This document shows, piece by piece, positions 53,881-59,806 of a DNA stretch of 59,806 nt. Under the pieces are notes generated by a model. That model was given only the letters and a program-made list of their open reading frames with translations, did not search any database and had not been told where the DNA came from. Both the position numbers and the translations under genes were made by a program. Position 1 is the first letter of the stretch. The number at the start of each line of letters is the position of its first letter. Source of the stretch: a virus; the IMG/VR virus record IMGVR_UViG_3300045988_166944; one strand, given 5' to 3'.

Positions 53881-56496
53881 TTATAAATCGTCCAATTCGT
53901 CTTCGCTCACATCATCTGCGGCAGTATCAAACTTTTCGTCATATTTAAGCTCGGGATTGGTGGCTTCCTCAACGTATTGGCGTATCGCGGCGGACAACTT
54001 AACCGATGCGTTTTTGAAACGGTTTGGATTTTTAGAATAAATCGTGTGTAGATACGATTTATCAATCTCAGGTATCCGTACCGCATTAATTACAAGCTCA
54101 TAACCAAGCGGCACTAAATACTGCTGCCAGCGGAAATATGTTTCTTTGAAGTTTTTATCCGCCAGTTTGATTTGGCGGAAATATTTCACGTCGAGGAATT
54201 CTTCACACAAGAACGGGTCGTCATTTTTAGCAACGATTTCCAGTAGCTCCTGTATCGACTCGGGCATGTTCTCACCAATCAGGCGTTGGCGTGATACCGT
54301 GCGTGGCGCGTCGTAGTATGCCAAAAACTCGTCGCTGATTTTGACTTCAGTTCGGAAGTATTTGCGCAGCGCGCCCGCATGGTTTTTGTAAGTATTGTGC
54401 AGGTCAGGATAGTATTTCGGGTTCTCTTTCTTGAACTGCTCAATCTTACTGGCTTCCTGCCAGCGCGAGTAAATGGCAAAAATACGTCGGTCTGATGAAT
54501 CAATCGGCAACGCAGCCAATCGGTTACTCAAAAACAGATAATTTGCCGTGTTCGGTACGTTAATTTCATCCTTACCTTTAGCAATCATTGCAATGGTTGG
54601 GCTGGCAATGATGGTTTTCAACTTATCGTAGATTTCCACGCCTTTGACACCAGCCAAATGAACCTCTTCAACCGTACCAAAGCTGAGATTGGTCGCCCAT
54701 TTCGTAAACCCAGACTTCATCGCGTCCTGCGATACGATTTTAGCGTTCTCCTTACCAATCATCGCCGAAATCAGGTAGTGGAAGAACGATTTACCGTCAC
54801 CACCAACGCCATGCAGGAATACCGCCCATCCGAGTGTATAACCAGTGTATTGAACCTGATAAGCAACCCATTGGCGGAAAATTTCGCGTTCACGAGGGTC
54901 TTCAATCATGTGTTCAAAATGTTTTTCAACCAGTTCAATGGCTTCCAAATCGCCTTTTGAGAACACTGCTGGCTCGTCCGGCGCGTTATCTCCATTGTAT
55001 GCGTTTATGTATTGATACTTCGAGCGTTCGCTAAATTTGAACAAACTACCCATCGTAGGCATATACACAGCATCAATGACTTTCGGAATTTTGTAAGCGC
55101 GCAATGCCAAGTCCTGCGGGCGCATTTTCATCGACATTGCATCGGGTACGGAGTGGTAAATCAGCGTATCGAATGATGCTGGTGATACGGATAAACGCTC
55201 GTTTATGTCGTAAAACTTGTCACCATTAAGCACATACACCCATTTCTTCATATATTCAGGTGTTTCGAATTGTTCAATAGCCTCAGTGAGCGTTTTTCGA
55301 ACCGCACTCATACTGATTTTTTCACCATACAAGCGGCTGTATGTTCGAGCAATAATACGCTCGATGGCGTTCTGTTGCGCCGTGGTGAATCGGTTATATG
55401 ACGCTTCGACAACGAGTTCGTCGTACTTGCGGATGTCGTCACACTCTTCGAACATACTCTTCAGGTTCTCAAAGGTCTCGGTGAAGTTTTCGTTCTTTGA
55501 TGAAGTATAGTAATCGTACAAAACGCTTGCGAACGTTATTACGTTTGAGCGGTTATTGCGAAAACTATCCCACTTGGCACGAAGCTGGTCATCTTTGATG
55601 TCATACGGTTTACCTGTTGTAGGGTTGATTGCTTTTTGTGACCATTTTTTCCAAATTTGATAACCTTTCTTCGAATCGTCAATCTGGAATTTAATGGCTT
55701 GACCAATGCTGACCCATTTTTCATAAGTATCGTAGAATCCTTCGGTTAGCGAATTCACGATTTCTTCAACGCGCTCGTCCGAAATATTCACCCGCTTGGA
55801 GTCATTATAAAGGTCATAATCAGCATCTTCATCATCTTCAATATGCACATCTTCCAACCCAACCAGATGTAAGTTACTGACAGAGATACGCTCATAATTG
55901 TTTCGATACATTAAGTCATCAAAATATCGAAAAAGCGGCTGAATCATTTCAGGCTTGAATGTCGGCAAGTCTTCAACACGTTCAATATCGAGCAATGAAT
56001 AGTCATTTTCCCACTCGTAATGCAAACCTTCATCATCAGGATAATCACCAAACGCTACAAACTGGCGAGAACCTCCTTTACTGTTATTCAGTAATTCAAT
56101 TTGCATACGACCATACTTTTCAGACAGCCAAGTGGAAGACATGATTTTACCAATATGCTGTGAGACGTAGCATGGAATCAGTGCTTTTGGTTTCTTACCC
56201 CGACGAACCATGATTTTGTCGGTAGACAGCATTGAACGAACATATTGAATAAGCTCTCGCGCTGCGTGTGGGTCTAAAACGTCAATATCTATTGCGAGCA
56301 AATGGTTGCTTGTAACAACACCAAGACCAGCTTTATCCCCAAACATCTGGAGCATCTTCTCATATGACGCTTCGGTCTGTGGCAAATTCGCCCAGTTGAT
56401 TCCTTCTGGGTATTTTTTACCGTGTGTAATTGGCACAACCTCAAAACCTTTGCGCATGAGAGGCAACGCCGTGTCTTTATAGTAACGTTTAGTCAT
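53881..56496 (-). CDS. Primase-polymerase (AEP) fused to an SF3/D5-type helicase
   Basis: The N-terminal part has LAIDIDVLD (a DxD motif). The central and C-terminal parts carry Walker A, FLHGVGGDGKS. The size is 871 aa. Confidence 0.8.
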   Translation of the reverse strand: MTKRYYKDTALPLMRKGFEVVPITHGKKYPEGINWANLPQTEASYEKMLQMFGDKAGLGVVTSNHLLAIDIDVLDPHAARELIQYVRSMLSTDKIMVRRGKKPKALIPCYVSQHIGKIMSSTWLSEKYGRMQIELLNNSKGGSRQFVAFGDYPDDEGLHYEWENDYSLLDIERVEDLPTFKPEMIQPLFRYFDDLMYRNNYERISVSNLHLVGLEDVHIEDDEDADYDLYNDSKRVNISDERVEEIVNSLTEGFYDTYEKWVSIGQAIKFQIDDSKKGYQIWKKWSQKAINPTTGKPYDIKDDQLRAKWDSFRNNRSNVITFASVLYDYYTSSKNENFTETFENLKSMFEECDDIRKYDELVVEASYNRFTTAQQNAIERIIARTYSRLYGEKISMSAVRKTLTEAIEQFETPEYMKKWVYVLNGDKFYDINERLSVSPASFDTLIYHSVPDAMSMKMRPQDLALRAYKIPKVIDAVYMPTMGSLFKFSERSKYQYINAYNGDNAPDEPAVFSKGDLEAIELVEKHFEHMIEDPREREIFRQWVAYQVQYTGYTLGWAVFLHGVGGDGKSFFHYLISAMIGKENAKIVSQDAMKSGFTKWATNLSFGTVEEVHLAGVKGVEIYDKLKTIIASPTIAMIAKGKDEINVPNTANYLFLSNRLAALPIDSSDRRIFAIYSRWQEASKIEQFKKENPKYYPDLHNTYKNHAGALRKYFRTEVKISDEFLAYYDAPRTVSRQRLIGENMPESIQELLEIVAKNDDPFLCEEFLDVKYFRQIKLADKNFKETYFRWQQYLVPLGYELVINAVRIPEIDKSYLHTIYSKNPNRFKNASVKLSAAIRQYVEEATNPELKYDEKFDTAADDVSEDELDDL

Positions 56497-56536
56497 TTTT
56501 TTTTAACTTTCCTATTAAATAGAGGGATTTGACGCG

Positions 56537-56566
56537 ATTGTAGGTCAGAATCGACTTCAATGTCAA
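56537..56566 (-). promoter_or_regulatory. Strong candidate promoter of the replication/late block
   Basis: The minus strand reads TTGACA (56566-56561), an 18-nt spacer, then TACAAT (56542-56537). It lies about 40 nt upstream of the primase ATG. Confidence 0.6.
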
Positions 56567-56995
56567 TCAAGCCTTGTCGATTTACATATGTAAGGAATTC
56601 TTAACAAATAAATGGGCTGTTTTTGGGTCTGAAAACTCAGAAATTTTCCAAAATTGTGTTCGAGAAAATTTCAATTTGCCAATTTTGGAAATTTTTTTGA
56701 GTTTCGGAAATTCAATTTTTTCGATTCTTGGTTTTAAATTTTTAAAAATACTTATAAATTCATCATAAAAAATGATGGCATTTTCCAAATGAGAATTTTT
56801 CTCAACAACGCTTTTTTGTCTTTTTTTTTGCCAAATGCAAGGGTGCTTTTTGGACTTTAACAAAATTTTTTTTTGAGAAAAAAACAAAAAAACAATAAAA
56901 ATCAACAACTTCCATTTTTTGCTAGATGTTAGTAAAAAACGTTCATATCTCTATACATAACGTAACGTATAGCGACTTATATATTTATATATTCC

Positions 56996-57019
56996 CCTCT
57001 CTCTCTCTCTTTTTTTTTA
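56996..57019. repeat. (CT)n microsatellite followed by T9
   Basis: ctctctctctctctc followed by ttttttttt and flanked by (TA)n. Confidence 0.9.
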
Positions 57020-57253
57020 TATATAAGAAAATAAAGGATTTTCCTAACATCTAACAAATAGGGGTTAAGTCCTTGGAAATATTGAAGAAATTTTGTAAGG
57101 ATGCAAAATAACACAACCTAACATCCTAACAAATTTGATACGTCGTTGATTTTTAAGGAAAACAGCAAAAATCACCCATTTTGGTACTAACTCGCATTGG
57201 TACTAACACAAATACTACAAAAACTAACACTATTTCACAATCAGTCTGTCGGC

Positions 57254-57338
57254 GAAAACGACCCTCGATTGGCTCTTGCGGAGTTGGAAAAACACCTCAA
57301 TAGCGATTCCTGCCCCAAAAAGCACCCTCAGAGCGATT
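57254..57338 (+). repeat. Three imperfect direct repeats of about 20 bp (iteron-like)
   Basis: The copies are gaaaacgaccctcgatt (57254-57270), aaaaacacctcaatagcgatt (57288-57308) and aaaaagcaccctcagagcgattt (57316-57338). Confidence 0.6.
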
Positions 57339-57344
57339 TTTATA

Positions 57345-57370
57345 CCCTCCCCTATACCTACCCCTACCCC
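57345..57370 (-). other. C-rich tract with G4-capable sequence on the minus strand
   Basis: The minus strand reads GGGGTAGGGGTAGGTATAGGGGAGGG, which contains four G-runs. Confidence 0.5.
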
Positions 57371-57662
57371 GAGGGAGAAATTCAATCTGAGACGCTCTAC
57401 GCGCGAAATTGAGAATCTGGATTTTCAGATTTTTGGTACAATTTTCGCCACTTTGGAAAAAGTCATAAAAATCAACGCTTTAAGTCGTCGAAAAATTCAT
57501 TTTTCAAAATTGCCTCTGTAAATAATTGATTCATAAGGATTTTTACAAACTAATTTTTTCCAATCATCCGTTTATTTTTAAACGGCATAAAAATTTCCTT
57601 AAAAATCAAGGACTACCGACCATTCAAAATCGGCGCATTCTCGGAATCGGGGGTTCTGCGAC

Positions 57663-57780
57663 CGCACCGCTCACCGCTCGCCGCTGGAAAGTACCTTTTT
57701 GAAAGAGCCATTGTAAAGACCGCCTCATCTTTACATTTCGACCTCTTCCTTTTGACGGCGGTCAGCGGCGGGCGCGTGCG
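57663..57780. other. GC-rich dyad element with a nested hairpin (candidate cos site or structured RNA)
   Basis: The left arm cgcaccgc...cgccgctg (57663-57686) pairs with cagcggcg...cgtgcg (57763-57780). An inner perfect 8-bp hairpin, tgtaaaga/tctttaca, lies at 57712-57735. The flanks are very AT-rich. Confidence 0.5.
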
Positions 57781-57978
57781 TCTTGTTATGTGATGCGATT
57801 GATTTATTTTTAATTTATATTGATTTGTTATAGTGTTTGATAATGCGCAAATAGCATAAAGCCTTGATAGATATACACTATATAAATTGTTAGATTGTTA
57901 TAATTTATAAGTTAACATTTATGATAGACGAAATAAAACCGCCATCAGGCGGCTGGGTAAATAGCTTTAAAATAAACG

Positions 57979-58039
57979 TGTTAGGATTGTTAGGATACAA
58001 TCAGCCGGCGTGTGTCATATCATCCTAACAATCCTAACA
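57979..58039. repeat. Perfect 18-bp inverted repeat built from CCTAACA motifs
   Basis: tgttaggattgttaggat (57979-57996) is the exact reverse complement of atcctaacaatcctaaca (58022-58039), with a 25-bp spacer. Confidence 0.9.
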
Positions 58040-58065
58040 AAAGAAACGCGCAAAAGAAACGCGCA
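58040..58065 (+). repeat. Tandem 13-bp repeat aaagaaacgcgca, two copies, running into the terminator stem
   Basis: 58040-58052 and 58053-58065 are identical. A third, partial copy forms the left arm of the hairpin at 58069. Confidence 0.85.
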
Positions 58066-58102
58066 AAAAGAAACCGCCTGATATTACATCAGGCGGTTTC
58101 TT
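58065..58102 (-). terminator. Rho-independent terminator ending the leftward early operon
   Basis: A 14-bp perfect stem agaaaccgcctgat / atcaggcggtttct with a T-run on the minus strand. It begins 3 nt after the stop at 58105. Confidence 0.8.
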
Positions 58103-58104
58103 GC

Positions 58105-58347
58105 TTATCGTACTACGTCGCTCGAATCAACATCCGTTATTACCAGTTGCAACCCGTCTCGAATAGACTTGGAATATAACGCGATTTGCTTTTCAAAAAA
58201 TCTTTTAAAAGTGGACAACTCGCTTTCATTTTTGGCATATGTAAAACCACTACAACACGCAATGCAATTTATATCGTGCGCCGCGTCTTGGCTGTCCATC
58301 GACCCGTCAATGGATACGGCTTCAATTTTTTTCCATCTTTCCATCAT
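58105..58347 (-). CDS. Hypothetical early protein (80 aa)
   Basis: ATG at 58347 follows an AAAGGA RBS; the track start at 58359 is a GTG. Confidence 0.55.
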   Translation of the reverse strand: MMERWKKIEAVSIDGSMDSQDAAHDINCIACCSGFTYAKNESELSTFKRFFEKQIALYSKSIRDGLQLVITDVDSSDVVR

Positions 58348-58471
58348 ATATCCTTTCACATCGTATCTGCGGCCTCGATTAAGACGTAGGCCACCAAAAA
58401 GGTTAGAACTAACGTGGCTAAATTTGCCGATTGGATACCCGCAAACAAACAGGATAACGCGCTAATATAGA

Positions 58472-58864
58472 TTAATTTTTGCATAACTCGCCCTCTTCGT
58501 AAATTGCCTTGTATTGGATATTTTCAGCAACTTGATTCAGCCATTCGTTGTATCCAAAATCCGACAAGTAGCCATTGCGCAAATGTTCGATTTCATCGTC
58601 ATCCAAATCATACCCCCATCCCTCATCGGCGGCTATCTCGACGAGGCTGTCATCATCCCGTTCCAACCATGTATTACTAGATGCTTCAACGTTTTGGAAA
58701 ATACAGCCGTCATGTAAATCGAGGTAGAGGTGGGTATAGCATTGCCCCTTGCATCCAATAAGTGAGTTTACGAAAAAATCACACATAACGTCTTGATTTT
58801 TTTCAAAAACGTCGTCCAAGCTATCAATTTTTTCTAAAAAATCACGAATTGTTACCTTTTCCAT
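58472..58864 (-). CDS. Hypothetical acidic early protein (130 aa)
   Basis: Packed minus-strand ORF. No motif was recognised. Confidence 0.6.
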   Translation of the reverse strand: MEKVTIRDFLEKIDSLDDVFEKNQDVMCDFFVNSLIGCKGQCYTHLYLDLHDGCIFQNVEASSNTWLERDDDSLVEIAADEGWGYDLDDDEIEHLRNGYLSDFGYNEWLNQVAENIQYKAIYEEGELCKN

Positions 58865-58881
58865 TTTACACCACCCTCTGT

Positions 58882-59460
58882 TTAATATTTAAAACTGGCG
58901 TATTTCAAAATTGATGTTTCCTCTCGAGCCTTTAATTCATCATTTACATAATGCTCAAAATCAGACAAATGTCGGCTTGTAGTATTGCTATATTTGTGTG
59001 CGCTTGGTTGCAAATAGATTGTGTTGGCTGTCGTTTTCCAAGCGGCGATAACGCTGTTATAGCTGATTAAGATTTTCCAAAACTGCCAACAGCCGTCAAC
59101 CGTAATGGTAATTGGCACAATCCATGCCTGCTTACGTTTGATACGATTAAAATTTTTGATACCGATTGCCAATTGGCTGATACTGTTGTACACAGTCTCA
59201 CCCAAACCAATTTTGTCAAAAGTAAACTCGTCCGCTTCGCAGCAATATTCGGCAATAATCTCACGTTCGTCACCGTTGCCGTCGCTAATGACGATGTGTT
59301 TACTCGCATGCCCACGATAGTTGATTGTGTCAGTTATCTTAAAATCGAGTTCATTGCCTAAATAGTCGTTGATGATTTCAATCATTGGCCCTTGGCGATA
59401 AATATGGCTAGTCAACGCATTGCGCAGGGCGGCAATTTTTGCAACGTGATTCTTTTTCAT
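58882..59460 (-). CDS. Hypothetical early protein (192 aa)
   Basis: Packed minus-strand ORF. A C-terminal YSNTTSRH segment is noted but not assigned. Confidence 0.6.
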   Translation of the reverse strand: MKKNHVAKIAALRNALTSHIYRQGPMIEIINDYLGNELDFKITDTINYRGHASKHIVISDGNGDEREIIAEYCCEADEFTFDKIGLGETVYNSISQLAIGIKNFNRIKRKQAWIVPITITVDGCWQFWKILISYNSVIAAWKTTANTIYLQPSAHKYSNTTSRHLSDFEHYVNDELKAREETSILKYASFKY

Positions 59461-59523
59461 GGGGTTTTCCTTTTTTTGTTGTTTATAGACTGTTTACAGT
59501 CTGTTAGTGGGTCAAATTAAGTA

Positions 59524-59787
59524 TTACAAATAGCTGGAATGAAGAGTTTCACAATATCCAATTTCTTCATCGTTGGAAATTACTTTGATTTCAAAAGCGT
59601 CCTCATGCGCATAGCAACTGCCATAAATTTCAGCAATGGCTATACCGCCTTTATGTTTGATGCTGATTGAATGCACAATATCCTCGAGAATATCAGCCGC
59701 GTTTTCTTTCAAATACGCATCAATTTGCGACAACACAAAAGAATCATTACAAACGCCTTTAACGTCTTTGAATTTTTCGGTATTCAT
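59524..59787 (-). CDS. Hypothetical early protein (87 aa), first gene after promoter copy A
   Basis: Its start codon and leader are identical to the duplicated leader at 1552-1575. The promoter lies at 77-104 across the circular junction. Confidence 0.65.
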   Translation of the reverse strand: MNTEKFKDVKGVCNDSFVLSQIDAYLKENAADILEDIVHSISIKHKGGIAIAEIYGSCYAHEDAFEIKVISNDEEIGYCETLHSSYL

Positions 59788-59806
59788 TTTAAAAATCCTT
59801 TCTTTC
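59752..59806. repeat. Terminal overlap identical to 1-55
   Basis: Exact 55-nt match to the window start. Confidence 0.95.

Noticed and set aside
18341-56496. Search for integrase, repressor, excisionase or other lysogeny genes, and for an NrdA-sized ORF
   Set aside because: No ORF shows tyrosine or serine recombinase motifs or a CI-like HTH-peptidase layout. All large ORFs are accounted for by structural or replication functions. The absence cannot be proven without profile searches.
56574-57521. Track ORFs in the AT-rich hub (56574-56768, 56582-56908, 57197-57412, 57276-57521)
   Set aside because: Their translations are low-complexity, they have no RBS, and they overlap each other on both strands and sit on homopolymer and motif arrays. 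They are treated as non-coding.
58360-58471. A possible 30-aa hydrophobic peptide on the minus strand (TTG start, ...LATLVLTFLVAYVLIEAADTM) in the gap between two early genes
   Set aside because: It has no ATG start and no clear RBS, and it is very short. It is noted only as a possibility.

Overview
The window is one complete, circularly closed genome of a tailed dsDNA phage. The unit is 59751 bp, because bases 1-55 repeat at 59752-59806. All calls come from reading the sequence and the ORF track; no database search was run.

Gene layout:
- A rightward (+) early/middle block at about 2.1-18.3 kb. It carries nucleotide-metabolism genes (deaminase-domain protein, T5-type dNMP kinase, ThyX, dUTPase, and an NrdB with no NrdA), an RdgC-like protein, a DEDDh exonuclease, a trimeric autotransporter adhesin (TAA) moron, an endolysin with overlapping spanins, and an HU-like protein.
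- A long leftward (-) block at 18.3-56.5 kb. It carries a lambda-like head module (TerS, GpA-type TerL, gpW, portal, S49 protease, decoration protein, gpE-type capsid). It also carries a siphovirus tail module: major tail, G/GT chaperones with an A8 slippery site, a 1843-aa tape measure, a BR0599-type hub and a 1297-aa fibre.
- The same block holds a replication module: SNF2 helicase, VRR-NUC, family B polymerase, DUF2815-like SSB, tRNA-Pro, DUF2800-like nuclease and a prim-pol/SF3 helicase.
- Two leftward cassettes of small orphan early genes at 58.1-59.8 kb and 0.17-1.55 kb, each driven by a copy of a duplicated 137-bp regulatory region.

No integrase, repressor, rRNA or CRISPR array was seen.

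Main points of interest:
- A 1.6-kb AT-rich non-coding hub (56.5-58.1 kb) with motif arrays, iteron-like repeats, an 18-bp perfect inverted repeat and a GC-rich dyad element. It is a candidate ori, cos site or ncRNA.
- Three roughly 95-bp terminator-plus-promoter cassettes that partition the + block.
- A phage-borne TAA with a tail after its membrane anchor.
- Two early ORFs each split by a single in-frame TGA.
- An orphan NrdB.
- A terminator-flanked homing-endonuclease-like gene inside the tail operon.
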